Shown: positions 25,525-39,474, counted from the stretch's first letter. The stretch is DNA of 64,000 bases from Octopus sinensis (GCF_006345805.1 NC_043011.1:48744464-48808463), one strand, 5' to 3'. Translations and numbers: made by a program. The notes: generated by a model from the sequence alone, not told the origin.

Positions 25525-25995
25525 AATGTACACACACACATGCACACATACACACATACAAGCACACAGACATATATATGCACATGCTCATATAAATACA
25601 TATATACACAAACACATATAAATATAATGTACATATAAATACGTATACACATATATATATGCATATATAAATATATATATGCATGTGTATATATATATAT
25701 GTTGATAGATAGACAGATAAATAGACTGATAGATACACATATACATATATACTCTTATATATGTACCACACATATAAATATATATAAACACACACACACA
25801 CATATATATATATATAAGTATATTTATACACCCACATGCATATGGAATTTTATATACATACATATATATACATATAAAATATGCATGCATATATACATAC
25901 ATATATACATACACACAAATATATATGTATAAATATATACACATAAACACACTTACATACACACACACACACCCACACACACACACACATATATA
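25525..25995. repeat. (CA)/(TA) low-complexity block
   Basis: Direct reading. Confidence 0.85.
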
Positions 25996-26599
25996 AATAT
26001 AACATCAATGGATGCTATTTCTAGTCTGAACCCCCCCCCACACACACACACACAAATAAACAAAAGTAAAAAAAAACAAGAAAACAGAAGCCCTAACAAA
26101 TCACATAGAACATTGCCCCTTTCAAAGATAACATAAGCCAGCTCAATATTTTGATGGATGCTTCCAAGAGAGGATTTATACCGAACGTTCCCATTCTCAA
26201 TCACAGATTTATGCATACATGTCAGCAAGCACTCACACACACACTTCAACATCCAGTCATTGGAGATAATTTATAGCTAAGCAATGTGGCTTCTTTTGTA
26301 TGTTTCCTGTATGAAATAGTTGCAAAGGTGTTCACGGAATATGTATACATGGCTTGTATTCATATATAATGTGTAGATGAGTGTTTATGCATTACATAAC
26401 AGCAGCATAGATGAATATATATATGTTCTGAGTATAGAGATACGGCATATTGTATGGACATAAATTGCTTGCACGCATGTTGCATGCATGCATGTATCTG
26501 TATCTATACATAAGTGGAGTCAGTGAGTGTGTATATAATGCAGGTGTGCCTGAAAATTTGTATTATATTTTCATGAATATATGTGAGCATATATACATG

Positions 26600-26638
26600 T
26601 GTGTAAAGATATATCTATATATATATATAATATATATA

Positions 26639-26686
<48 letters not shown>

Positions 26687-26687
26687 C

Positions 26688-26777
<90 letters not shown>

Positions 26778-26807
26778 TAAGTGCGATGATGATGATGATG
26801 ATATAAG

Positions 26808-26841
<34 letters not shown>

Positions 26842-27008
26842 CATATATATATTGTACAAATTTACAGAAGACAAAAGCCAAAGACAGGTGAGGGAACAAT
26901 AAGTATGATGGTTGGGAATAATGGAAAAGTTGTTGATGTTTTGAACCTAAGCTCTTCAACAGAAAGGGATGAAAGGGAAAATATGGAGAGAGAACGTAAT
27001 AATGTATG

Positions 27009-27050
<42 letters not shown>

Positions 27051-27131
27051 CATGCACACACTTATATACATACAAAATATATTCACACAGTATATGTACG
27101 AATATATGTACATGTATACCTATATGTCTAT

Positions 27132-27183
<52 letters not shown>

Positions 27184-27495
27184 ATACATGTGTGTATATA
27201 TATATATATATATACACACACATACATACATACACTTATATACATACAAAATGTATTCATACAGTATATGTACACATATATGTACATGTATACCTATATG
27301 TCTATCTATCTATATATCTATCTATATACATGTGTGTATATATATATATACACACACATACATACATACATACACACACTTATATATGTATATACAAAAT
27401 GTATTCGTACAGTATATGTATGCATATGCGCACACACACTCACACACACACACACATATATATATGTATGTATGTAGATATGTATATATACATAT
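26600..27495. repeat. (TA)/(CTAT) block with a thrice-repeated higher-order unit
   Basis: cacttatata..tacaaaat(a/g)tattc..acagtatatgta at about 27059, 27233 and 27377. Confidence 0.85.
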
Positions 27496-27734
27496 CACTT
27501 AGGGATTGTGATACTAATAACCTTGTTTTAGGACTCAGAATATGTATGAATCAGAACAAAATGTTAGTCAAGTACAGAAGAGTAATAAGAAATAGGGATG
27601 AGAAAGGAAAAGATAATTATCTTATAAACTTCATTAGCTAACAGTTGTTTCAGTTATAAGATACAACAGCATATTATATTTGTGTGTGTGTGTTTGAATA
27701 CATATATATATAAAATATATATATGTATGTATAT

Positions 27735-28107
27735 GGTGGCACGTAAAAAGCACCATCCAACCGTGGCCGTTTGCCAGCCCTGTCTGGCCCCTCTGCCGGT
27801 GGCATGTAAAAAGCACCATCCGACCATGGCCATTTGCCAGCCCCGTCTGGCACCTGTGCCGGTGGCACGTAAAAAGCACCATCCGACCATGGCCATTTGC
27901 CAGCCCCGTCTGGTACTTGTGCCGGTGGCACGTAAAAAGCACCCACTACACTCACGGAGTGGTTGGCGTTAGGCAGGGCATCCAGCCGTAGAAACATTGC
28001 CAGATCAGACTGGGCCCAGTGCAGCCTTCTGGCCTCCCAGACCCCAGTTGAACCGTCCAACCCATGCTAGCATGGAAAGCGGACGCTAAACGATGATGAT
28101 GATGATG
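27735..28107 (+). mobile_element. Family D with three 63-bp tandem units
   Basis: ggtggca(c/t)gtaaaaagcacc at 27735, 27798, 27861 and 27924; (gat)n tail. Confidence 0.9.
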
Positions 28108-28306
28108 GTGTGAGTGGTATTGTGTGTGTGTGTGAAAGAGAGCAAAGGGGAGATCTTCATTATTATAATTTAACATCAACCTTCCATGCTTCCATGTGTT
28201 ATAACATCATTTCATTTTGAATCATTTCTTATTGGAAGCTACTGTTCCTAAAGATTAGTGTTAGTATGTGCAATTTGGGTTGGTTTGTCTGACATGATGA
28301 TCACTA

Positions 28307-28588
28307 ACATTTTTTTCACGCTGAGAGTTGCTGAAGCATGGAACAAACTGCCGGCATCGGTTGTTAGTTGTCGGAGCACTGCATCCTTCAAAACTTCCAT
28401 GCTTCCTGAGATTCGCCAACACTACACTTGATTTTCTCCCCTCCATACACACACAAGCATGTATCTGACTCATACATTGTTCGCTTTCCAGACATTTCTA
28501 CATTAATGCATGTACTTTATATGCACTTTCTGACAAGTTGCGGTGCACCTGAGCACTGTATACAATAATTTCATTATATATTATTATA
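28307..28588 (+). mobile_element. CR1-type LINE 3' end (ORF2 C-terminus + 3' UTR)
   Basis: 28312-28431 translates FFTLRVAEAWNKLPASVVSCRSTASFKTSMLPEIRQHYT*, matching the CR1-clade FF..RV...WN.LP..VV....SFK motif; (att)-type tail. Confidence 0.85.
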
Positions 28589-28700
28589 CATCCATCAGAG
28601 AATGCTAGCTTCATTTTATTTTTATCCTCTTTTCACATGCCATCTGCATTCGAGGTTGGTGTCTTGCTATCCATACTACTTTGTCAAAATTTAACCAGAA

Positions 28701-28950
28701 TAGGCGCAGGAGTGGCTGTATGCATGGTACCTTGGGCAAGTGTCTTCTGCTATAGCCTCGGGCTGACCAAAGCCTTGTGGGTGGATTTGGTAGACAGAAA
28801 CTGAAAGAATGTATGTTTGTGTGTCTGTGTTTGTCCTCCCAACATCGCTTGACAACTGATGCTGGTGTGTTTATGTCCCTGTAACTTAGCGGTTTGGCAA
28901 AAAGAGACTGATAGAATGAGTACTAGGCTTACAAAGAATAAGTCCTGAGG
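28701..28950 (+). mobile_element. SINE-A, internally deleted, fused tail-to-tail with an inverted copy
   Basis: aggcgcaggagtggctgt ... aagaataagtcctgagg. Confidence 0.85.
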
Positions 28951-29043
28951 CCTCTTTTGCCAAACCGCTAAGTTATGGGGACATAAACACACCAGTATCA
29001 GTTGTCAAGTGATGTTGGGGGGACAAACACAGTCACACAAACC

Positions 29044-29102
<59 letters not shown>

Positions 29103-29294
29103 CTATACATATACATATATCTATACATATACATATATACGATGGGCTTCTTTCAGTTTCCGCCTACCAAATCCACTCACAAGGCTTTGGCCAGCCCAAA
29201 GCTATAGTAGAAAACACTTGCCCAAGGTGCCACGCAGTGGGACTGAACCTGGAACCATGTGGTTGGTATGCAAGCTACTTACCACACAGCCACT
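28951..29294 (-). mobile_element. SINE-A
   Basis: Reverse complement of the reference copy, 3' end missing. Confidence 0.85.
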
Positions 29295-29476
29295 CACTTT
29301 AAATTCTTCAGTTATTTTGAAACATTCATCCAACATAACAGTCTTTATTCATGCAATTTCTTCTCAAATAACTACACTTCCTCAGCAAGGTCATTTATCA
29401 CATGAAAATCATGCTCTGTCTGATGGTTTTGCTCTTAAGTTAACCTTTTCTTAAATACTTTAGCTAATAGTATCAT

Positions 29477-30798
29477 CAGGGCTGGATTAACCATGATGCA
29501 AAATAAGCATGTGCTTAGAATGTCAACAGAAGGGGAGCACCTAAGAAATGGTAAATGGCTTATGCCACAAAATAAATCATTTTAAAGTTGCTAAAATAAT
29601 AAAGTTTGAGGATATGATCAAAGGCTTGGCCAATGGAAAGAGTAGAAGAAATCATTTCAAATATGCAGGTGGGGCACAATGAGTAATATTTACTACATTT
29701 CTGACCAAGGGAATAAATATTTTTTATGTATGTCCACTGCCTTGCAAAAACTACCTCAGGTAAGCAAATGACCTGCTTTAAATGCATTACAAACACTGTA
29801 ATATATTCAGAACACTATTTCAGAAAGTTATATCCATTCTCTTTGAGCATACTAAAGACAAATTTAACCGGGGCAAAATGAGTAAGACTGAGTAAAGTAA
29901 ACCCGCCTCTTCAATTATCAAGAATTACATTTGAGAACAGACTCTTACACATCACTATTTATTCTTAGGCATCAGGTTGATCAGAAATGTAACAAAACTT
30001 TTAAATATCTTGGTCAAATGATACAGGGTCATGGAAAAATGGAACATGGTATGAAATTAATGAAACTCAACTAAATCTAAAATCTTGGCATAAAATATTC
30101 TTATTTCTTTACTACCCACAAGGGGCTAAACATAGAGGGTACAAACAAGGACAAAGGGATTAAGTCGATTACATCGACCCCATTGTGTAACTGGTACTTA
30201 ATTTATGGACCCAGAAAGGATGAAAAGTAAAGTTGACCTCGGTGGAATTTGAACTAAGAACGTAACCGCAGACAAAATACCTATTTCTTTACTATCCACA
30301 AGGGGCTAAACACAGAGAGGACAAACAAGGACAAACAAACGGATTAAGTCGATTATATCGACCCCAGTGCCTAAGCATTTCACCCAGTGTGCTAACGTTT
30401 CTGCCAGCTCACTGCCTTCTTGGCTTAAAATATTCTCCATAGCTTCTTCATTCGCGATCAGCAGGAGAAGCTCTGCTTGTGATATATTTAGGCACAATAC
30501 CACTAAAGAGAAAAAAATACTGTGATTAATTACTTATTTTGCCCCGCTTTAGCAATCACTTTCCGGAAATTGAAAATTATCACATTAGACATTAATTTGG
30601 GATGAATTGACTTGAAATCCAACAGAGAAAAGAATTCTGATTACTAGAAACCACAAAATATCTAGATATTTTATTAGCAACCTCAATTATAATCAGGTCA
30701 AAATTGAGGAAAATATTTCTAGGAAAAAAAAATAAAGTTCTTTTCACCTGACCACCCAGGTATGTCACATAATCATATAGACTCTTAACCCGGCTCTT
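29477..30798. mobile_element. Possible decayed hAT-family non-autonomous element
   Basis: cagggctggattaacc at 29477 and ttaacccggctct at 30785 resemble hAT TIRs; internal tcaattatcaagaattac gives IIKNY, like the hAT dimerisation motif; no 8-bp TSD found. Confidence 0.35.
30102..30418 (-). mobile_element. SINE-C dimeric copy
   Basis: Two tails; TSD cttggc(a/t)taaaatattct (30084-30101 / 30419-30436). Confidence 0.85.
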
Positions 30799-32319
30799 TC
30801 AGTGCAGGAAACCTAGGGATTTCTAACCAGAAACTATGGTATTGCTTATTACTATTGCCGCTTCTATGCAACTTACTTTCTTTTAAAGATAAATGAAGAG
30901 CATATTGCTGATTCAAGGGAATTCACTAAAACACTCTTGACAGTGGTGCAATGATGGAAGAGTTAAAATAACAGCAGCTGGATTCAAACGCACAACATTG
31001 GTGTCATACTTTTATAAGATTAATAAATCTAATTAATAAAACACGCAAATAAAAATTCGAAATTTTAATGGTTTTCTTGTTAATAGCAACTGTTTGGGAA
31101 CAATGGAATGAGTAAGACAAGAGTTGGTAATTCTCTTCCCATCACTCTACATTTATGGTCTTGTAGTTACCACCCTTTTTAGGGTGGTGTACTTGCAGTA
31201 ATAACAGAGGAATGACTGCTTCCCAATATTTGTTCTGAGTCTCTTGTATACTGAGTTCAAATCTCATTAAGATTAACTTTGCCTTTCACCCTTTTGTGGT
31301 CAATAAAGGTGTTCAACCAAGACAATAGATTGACAGAACATACACTTCTCAGTATTTAATCCAATTCTCTGCATTCTGAGTTCAAATCTCTATGGGATCA
31401 ACTTTGCTTTTAGTTCATTCATGGTTGATATAAAAATAAAAATTCAGCCAAAATGGTGGACTGGCAGAACAATTAAAAGGTTGAGTGAGATGTCTTTGTG
31501 TTGTGACACCTGTGACGATCCTTTGCCAAGCTAATGGTCCTAAATTTGTGGATTCCTCCTGGATGAACAGTTGTAGCATCGAGAGAATAAGCTTGCACAC
31601 ACACAGAGTCTTCTTCAAAAAGCCAGGACTAGGCATGCACATACAAGTGTAGATCAGCGCTGGATAAAGCCTTGAGTAAAATAAGCACATTCTTAGAACA
31701 TCAAGGAAAGTGAGGTACCACAGAAATGGTAAATGGTATAAAAGAAAATCACTTCAAACTTACTAAAATAATATTCAAAGTGGTTTATATGATCGAAAAT
31801 ATAATTTCTAAGTGTTCATGGTATCAAAATGAAACAATACTTTCCATCTTACTGTTAGTACAGACATACATAGGCCGGATATTGTTTTTTGGGATAGAGG
31901 GGCAATGGTATGTACTGTCCTAGAGGTCAGCTGCCTTACAGATATAAATATCTCTTTGGAAATTAAAGAAAAAGAGGATATCTATGGATAACTGTTTTAA
32001 AACTTCCAGCTTCTATATCTGGACTATGAATTCATATTGATACCAATGATAATGGGAGCACTAAGTTTTTCTAGTAAATGCTTAAAGGAGAATCTGGATA
32101 AACTGGAGTTTTTAGAAAGAGAAATTGACTGGCTGATTCGTACATTACAAATGCAATCTGTTAGTGGAACAGTATAAATGTGCAAGACTTTTCTCAAGTT
32201 CCAAATGTGAATTTGTCTGTGTTAACTACATCCCAAGGATGGAGCCTTGTATCTTTGTTGGAAACTGACTCCCTCCAAAGTGGAAGATTTATAATAATTA
32301 AAAATAGAAGATCCATACA

Positions 32320-32555
32320 AACATATGTGTGTGTGTGTGTTTATTTGCTTGTCCCTCACCACTGTTTGACAACCAGTGTTGGTGTGTTTACATCCCTGTA
32401 ACTTAGTAATTTGTCAAAAAAAGAGGCTGATACAATAAATACCAGGCTTAAAAATAACTACTGGAGTCAATTTGTTAGGTTAAAATTCTTCGAGGCAGTG
32501 CCCCAACATAGCCACAGTCTAATGGCTGAAAAGAGTGAAAGATAACAGATTAAAG
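32320..32555 (+). mobile_element. SINE-A 3' half
   Basis: ttgacaaccagtgttggtgtgtttacatccctgtaacttag. Confidence 0.7.
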
Positions 32556-32684
32556 ATGTGTGTGTGTGTGTGCACGTGTATGTGTAATAATAATCAATTA
32601 AGTTATAAAAGATTGATAGATAATGGCTTTCAGACCAACGAAAGTTATCAAAGTTTAAATACTTTACAGAGAGGAAAAGTAAAC

Positions 32685-33860
32685 AGCTGAGAGAAGATGG
32701 AGAGGAAATAGAAAATAAAAATAGAAACTACAAAAAAGAAAAAAGAAAAAACTGAAGAGAAAAATAAAATGAAAACAACGAAGAAAAGGAGAAACAGAGA
32801 AGAATAAGAAAAAAAGTGACTTGGAGAAATACAAGTCTTGGAGAATGGTAAGTAAAGTGAAAGTTGTGATGTGGAGAGGAATGAAAAGAGAGACAAAGGG
32901 AAAGAGATCATGAGATGGAAAGAAGTGAATGAATAATGTGAAGGAGTAGAGATAGATAAAGGAGGGAGAGAGAGGGGGAAAGGGGAGAGATGGGAAGAAA
33001 GAAAATGAATGAAAATAAGGCGCAGAAGTGGCTGTGTGGTAAGTAGCTTGCTTACCAACCACATGGTTCCGGGTTCAGTCCCACTGCGTGGCACCTTGGG
33101 CAAGTGTCTTCTACTATAGCCTCGGGCTGACCAAAGCCTTGTGAGTGGATTTGGTAGACGGAAACTGAAAGAAGCCTATTGTATATGTGTATACGCATGT
33201 ATATATGTATATGTATATATAAATATATGTGTGTGTGTGTGTGTGTGTGTTTGTGTGCCTGTGTTTGTCCCCCCCCCAGCATCATTTGACAACTGATACT
33301 TGTGTGTTTACGTCCCCGTAACTTAGTGGTTTGGCAAAAAGAGAATGATAGAATAAGTTCTAGGCTTACAAAGAATAAGTCCTGGGGTCGATTTGCTCAA
33401 CTAAAGGCGGTGCTCCAGCATGGTCACAGTCAAATGACTGAAACAAGTAAAAGAGTAAAGGTGGAGTAAAGGAGAAGAAAAATGAAGTGAGAGTAAAAAG
33501 GAGAATGAAAATATGTGTGGAAGATAAAGAAACAGAAAGCCAGAGAGAGGGTGAAGAAAGAAAGTGAATGAAAATGAATGAAAATGCGGTTGAATAAGAG
33601 GGAAGAATAATGGAGTGAGAGTAAGAAGGAGAATGAAAAGATGTGAAGAAGATAAGGAAGTAAAAATACAGAGAAAGAAAGAGAGAGAGAAGATAAAGGA
33701 AAGTAAGCAAAAAGATGGAATGATGTGAAGAAGAGAAGGAGAAAAAGATGAGAAAGAAATAAAAAAGAAGGCGAAAAAAAAAAAGAAATTTTTTAAACAC
33801 AATGTAAGGTTTTGAGTGAGAAAGGAAAGGAAAGAAAAGTTTCTAACAAAATAATGGAGA
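32685..33860. repeat. Purine-rich (GA/A) low-complexity tract split by SINE-A
   Basis: Strong A/G bias on + strand on both sides of the SINE. Confidence 0.8.
33018..33460 (+). mobile_element. SINE-A full-length
   Basis: Matches reference copy. Confidence 0.9.
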
Positions 33861-34006
33861 AAAATATATATTCTATGATCAATCTTTCCTAATCAGTCAT
33901 ATAACAGATTTTCTGGGTGTTTTTTTTTTTTTTGAAATTATTATTTTATTTAATTTTTTTATATATATACATATATATATATATATTATATATATATATA
34001 TTATAT

Positions 34007-34041
<35 letters not shown>

Positions 34042-34776
34042 TCGTGTTTAAACCATTTCTGAATTCAAATAGCCGATTAAAGGAAAGATAAAATAGAAAT
34101 TAATTCAAATGATTCTAAAACGTGTATGTAGATGTGCGTGTGAAAGAATGGAAGAATGTGTGTGTCTATGTGTGTGTGTGTGTTTGTGTGTGCTACAGTT
34201 GCATAAATGTATCAGATAAAGTCCAAACCAAGTTAAACGTAGGTCAGATAAGCTTATATACAGAAGATATCAAAAAAATTCAAAATCCCTTTCAACTTAT
34301 AAATCTACTATCAATCTCCATAGAGTTAAATAAATCGGAAGTTAAGTATACACAGGACTTCTTTTTATTAAAGCTAAGTTGATTATCTCTTTTTCATTTT
34401 TTTTTTTGTAATTTTTTTTTTTTGCTTTATATTATTGTTGTTCTCCTTGATGTTGTTGTTGTTGTTATTGTTGTTCACTGTCTACTTCTTGTCTGTATTT
34501 TGCTGAATTTTCCAATAAACTGATTTTCCTTCATAAACTAGAACGCATCCTGGAGTTCTTTTAGCTTCTTCATTATTTCTTAATTTATCATAATTGCTAT
34601 CTAAATATATACTTCCTGCATTCAATAAAAAGTTTTCTCTTCTTTACTTCTTTAAACTCTGCCCAAACAACAAAAACAACAACAACAACAAAAAAAAACG
34701 ACTGGAGTCTTTGGTACAAAAGTAAACAATTTGGCAGAGTGCTTCCAAGTCATGACTCTGGTCTATTAGCCAGGGG

Positions 34777-35443
34777 TATTCTTTTATCCTTCTATTCTTT
34801 TATTTGTTTCAGTCAAGTCATTTGATTGTGGCCATGCTGGAGCTCCACCTTTAGTCGAGCAAATCTACCCCTGGACTTATTCTTTGTAAGCCTAGTACTT
34901 ATTCTATCGGTCTCTCTTGCCAAACCGCTAAGTGACGGGGACATAAACACACCAGCATCAGTTGTCAGTCGATGTTGGGGGGACAAATACAGACATACAA
35001 ACATATACACACACATGCATATATATATATATGTATATCGGCACAAGGGTCAATCAAGCGGTACTGGCCCTCGTGCTGGTGGCACGTAAAAGCACCCACT
35101 ACACTCTCGGAGTGGTTGGCGTTAGGAAGGGCATCCAGCTGTAGAAACCCTGCCAGATCAAGATTGGAGCCTGGTGCAGCTATCTGGTTCGCCAGTCCTC
35201 AGTCAAATCGTCCAAGCCATGCTAACATGAAAAGCGAATGTTAAACAATGATGATGATGATAATGATGATGATATATACGATGGGCTTTTTTCAGTTTTC
35301 GCCTACCAAATCCACTCACAAGGCTTTGGTTGGCCCGAGGCTATAGTAGAAGACACTTGCCCAAGGTGCCACGCAGTGGGACTGAACTCGGAACCATGTG
35401 GTTGGTAAGCAAGCTACTTACCAAACAGCCACTCCTGCACCTA
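34777..35443 (-). mobile_element. SINE-A full-length, with family D inserted in its internal microsatellite
   Basis: 3' part 34777-35038, 5' part 35274-35443. Confidence 0.9.
35040..35273 (+). mobile_element. Family D nested in SINE-A
   Basis: gtgctggtggcacgtaaaagcacccactacac...ttaaacaatgatgatg. Confidence 0.85.
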
Positions 35444-36125
35444 TCAGTACATCATGTTAACCTTCTAAATATTAGTTGTCATTTCTGAAAGATATTTTCT
35501 TAATTATTTCTATGACATACCCTCCCTTATTGTCAATTAGATCCCATCAATGAATTCCAAAGGTACAGATAGTAATCGTTTTTACGAATTAATTGAAGTG
35601 AAAGTGCTTGGTCCAGTGATTAATGTGTTGCACTAGTGATCGAGAGATCTTGGGTTCAGTCCCCAGAATGGGTGGTGTGTCATGTTCTTGAGCAAAGCCT
35701 GTCCTTTCACATTGCTCTAGTGCTGTGTAGGGACCAGCATGTCATAATAAGTGACTAAAAGCGGTTGAGGTAGGATTTGCACTCTGACCTTGTAACTCCC
35801 ACACCAGCAGCAACTACACAACCAGACAAACGGGATTTCCAGGTAAATGATACAAAGATGCCATCCATCAGGTGTTGGGAATCACCAACAAATGGTAAAT
35901 ACAGCAATGTGATGTTACAGTGCATGTCACCTTACTTCTACTAATAAATCTCAATTGCTTTTTCATTACTAATTTCCTGTGTTAGGAAAAACCAAATAAC
36001 AAAAGGATGGAATGGAATTTTGCTAATTCATCATTCTCGTTAGTTTTAATGTTCGTTACACTTAGTTATTTATCTTCTTTTTTAATTTTAGATAATGGAG
36101 AAGAGACTCTGGTTTGGCATCTACT

Positions 36126-36445
36126 TTCGTTCTTTCGTCACCCTTTTCAAACCTAGCCAGGCTCATGGGCCTGGTTTCCTGGTTTCTGTGGCATAAGTGT
36201 CCCCCCCCCAGCTGGACGGGACGCCAGTCCATCACAGCATTACTCAAGAAGAAGGAAGAGAGAGTGAGAGAAAGTTGTAGCGAAAGATTACAACAGGGGT
36301 CACCACCAGCCCCTGCCGGAGCCTCGTGGAGCTTTTAGGTGTTTTTGCTCAATAAACACACACAACACCTGGCCTGGGAATTGAAACCATGATTCTCCGA
36401 CCGCAAGTCTGCTGCCCTAACCACTGGGCCATTGCGCCTCCACTC
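36126..36445 (-). mobile_element. SINE-G (tRNA-derived)
   Basis: Reverse complement tggaggcgcaatggcccagtggttagggcagc...ggtttcaattccc; 3' gatggactggcgtcccgtccag; TSD ttggcatct(a/g)ct (36114-36125 / 36446-36457). Confidence 0.85.
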
Positions 36446-36470
36446 TTGGCATCTGCTGTCTCTCCAATAT

Positions 36471-36691
36471 TATGAGGAGGTGATGGAAAGTTCCTGGCTT
36501 TGGGTAAAAGAAAATACAAGAGGATCTGTTAATTATGATTTTATTCAACATATTCCCCTCAAAGATTCACACACTTAGTGCAGCAGTCCTTCAGTTTTTC
36601 TAAGGCCTGTAAAAGAACTCAGAAGGTTGGGTCTCGAAGCAGGCCCTTCATGATAGCCTTAGAGTCAAGAACTTTACAGCACCCCTTCATA
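36471..36691. mobile_element. Tc1/mariner-type MITE
   Basis: TA-tgaggaggtgatggaaagttcctggctt ... aagaactttacagcaccccttca-TA. Confidence 0.8.
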
Positions 36692-36896
36692 GTAAGATCA
36701 ACACCACTTATAAAACTACCATTCTTCTTGTACAAATTTGGTGAGTTTGGTAAAAACTCACAACATTGTGGTCGGTTGGATATAAACAAAAAGCATAGGG
36801 CCAGTTTTAAATAGTTACCTGTTTCATGAAGGGCGTTGTTCTCAATTTTCATCATGGCTTTGTTGTAAGGTTATCATAGATCAGGCTAAGGTAATG

Positions 36897-37100
36897 AGGT
36901 GGCAGAATCATTAGCATGCTGGGTGAAATATAAGCAGCATTTCATCCATCATTATGTCCTGAGTTCAAATTCCACCAAAGTCAACTTTGCCCTTCATCCC
37001 TTTGGGGTTGATAAAATTAGCACCAGTTATGTACTGGGGTCAATGCAATCGACTTACTCCTACTCTGAACTTGCTGGCTTTGTGCCAAAATTCGAAAACA
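36897..37100 (+). mobile_element. SINE-C (tail type 2)
   Basis: ggcagaatcattagc..gagttcaaattcc..cttcatccctttggggttgataaa..gctttgtgccaaaattcgaaaac. Confidence 0.75.
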
Positions 37101-38598
37101 TTATTATGGATCAGACTGGGCCATGTGTGTAAACGGAAACAAAACTTGTGAACATTCTATATATTTATTTAAGGAAAGGATGTACATATATATCCATGGA
37201 TTTTCAGATACTCACTGTTGAGATTTTCATAGTATCTAAGTTCTACAGTCATTAATGGATTATTCTAGAGACAAGAACGAATTAGTTTTGGATGGAAGTC
37301 GAGATGTGTGTTCATCCGAATCTACTCACATTTCTTCTCCAGTTTGCTTTGGGCAAGAGTGAAATAATTTATCTTTAGCTGTGCTTACTCAGCTATTAGT
37401 TTTGAGAGAAAAAGACAAGATGTCTTGCTAAAGCTCTGGCCTAGCCTGGCTTGCTTGTCATTAGAGGTGTGATGTGTGTTCTCAGATTGCTCTCAGCCTC
37501 TGCTAAGATTCTTCACACCAAACTGCTTATAATTAGAGAAAAGCAGGTGGATCTCAAGGACACACACTTTTGTTCTGACTTAGTGGTGTGATTTCCTGCA
37601 ATTCAGATGGTTGGCAACTAGAACACACATGTGGTACATTTGTGGGACTAACCTGATAACTTAGCGATTGGTGTTCGAATCCTGGGTTTCACTATAAATG
37701 CAAAGCACAATGACTGCTATCTTGTTGTCCTTAGTTAAATTTCTCCTGCCAGATAATTCTGTTTTGTCCCTGAGAAAAGCCAAGCAATCAGCTTCTCTTA
37801 CACTTGTTAGCTTGACTTTACAAAGATGTTCCCTACATAAGCATCACAGATGAGGAGTTAGTGATAAGTGGTACCGAAATAGTTCATCCAATATTAAAGA
37901 CAGCTGTTTTAGTAGATACACCATCTCACCAATACTAACAGGCAGGAAAACAAATTAATATTATACTCTAGCACTGAAGGAAAATAGGAAAACTTCTTAT
38001 TTCCCAAATCACATTCCAATTTTAAGATCTCACAAAGTTTTCCTTCCCTTCTTAATTAAATCTAATTGATTTCTAATTATCTGCTCCTTCCATTTGATGT
38101 AAGACGTTTAAACCGACAAAATAGCATTAAACTGAATGAAATTTTCTGAGTCATTACCGTTAAACCTGCAAATCAATGAAGTTCTATAATGCGGGAGAAA
38201 TTGATTTTAAAGACAGATCTATCTGTGGTTTTTGTTGGTTGAAGTAGCCAGCTCCTCTCATTTCCCTTGCAAGGTTTTACTGTTCTGTCATGAAATACAA
38301 ACAACTTCTTTTCTTGTGTGACTTAATTACATGGTATAGAAGGTTCAGTGAGTGAATGAAAAGACATTTCTTTTTTTTTTGTTTTTTTTGTAAAAAAATG
38401 CGGTCCAAGTCAATCACGGCAATACAAAATCAAAGAAATAACAGGTTTTTTTCTTTTTTCCTGCAAGAATATGAAGAAGCCACAAGCGCAATGACTAACT
38501 GATAGTTCCAATAACAATAAAGATTTTATAATTTCCATCATATATGTAAGATCGTATATCTTGAGTAAGTAAGCAATGGATTAATTAACCCAAGTTTA

Positions 38599-39015
38599 TT
38601 ACTCTTTTACGTGTTTCAGTCATTTGACTGTGGCCATGCTGGAGCACCACCTTTAGTTGAGCAAATCGACCCCAGGATTTATTCTTTGTAAGCCTAGTAC
38701 TTATTCTATCGGTCTCTTTTGCCAAACCACTAAGTGACAGGGATGTAAACACACCAGCTCGGTTGTCAAGCAATGTTGGGGGGACAAATACAGACACGAA
38801 TGTATACACACACACAAACATACATACACACATATATATATACATATATATGACAGGCTTCTTTCAGTTTCCGTCTACCAAATCCACTCACAAGGCTTTG
38901 GTCGGCCCGAGGCTATAGTAGAAGACACTTGCCCAAGGTGCCACGCAGTGGGACTGAACCTGGAACCATGTGGTTGGTAAGCAAGCTACTTACCACACAG
39001 CCACTCCTACGCCTA
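38599..39015 (-). mobile_element. SINE-A full-length
   Basis: Matches reference copy. Confidence 0.9.
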
Positions 39016-39172
39016 TTGATATTTATTGTAGTAACCACCTCCCTCATAAGAACGAAAGGTGAAGTTAACTTTGATGGGATCTGAATTCAGATAATTAAAT
39101 GCTGGTAAAAGAAAATACAGTTCAAATACAGGGATTGATTAACAATCATCCTGGCCCCATTTTCACATCTGT

Positions 39173-39474
39173 GGTGTACAGCTCAGTAGTTAGAGGTAGT
39201 GAGTTCAATTTCAGGGGGCCGGGCAGTGTGCTGTGTTCTTGATCAAGACACTTTATTTCACATTGCTCCAGTTCACTTGGCTGTAGAAATGAGTTGTGGC
39301 ATCACTGGTGCCAAGCTGTATTGGCCCCTTTGCCTTTCCCTTGGATAACATTTGTGGCATGGAAAGGGGAGGCTGGTATGCATGGGTGACTGCTGGTCTT
39401 CCATAAACAACCTTGCCTGGACTTGCACCAGGGAAACTAACTCTCTAGGTGCAATCCCATGATCATTCATGATC
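39173..39474 (+). mobile_element. SINE-B
   Basis: Matches the 9945 copy. Confidence 0.85.

Noticed and set aside
26450-27641. YI/HT/CV-rich ORFs here and throughout the window
   Set aside because: Dinucleotide microsatellite translations.
27735-27945. CRISPR-like repeat-spacer array
   Set aside because: Spacers are near-identical, the array lies within a retroelement 3' region, the context is eukaryotic and there are no cas genes.
29745-29770. Strong splice donor cag|gtaagc
   Set aside because: No upstream open frame with an acceptor or recognisable peptide; such motifs are expected by chance in 64 kb.
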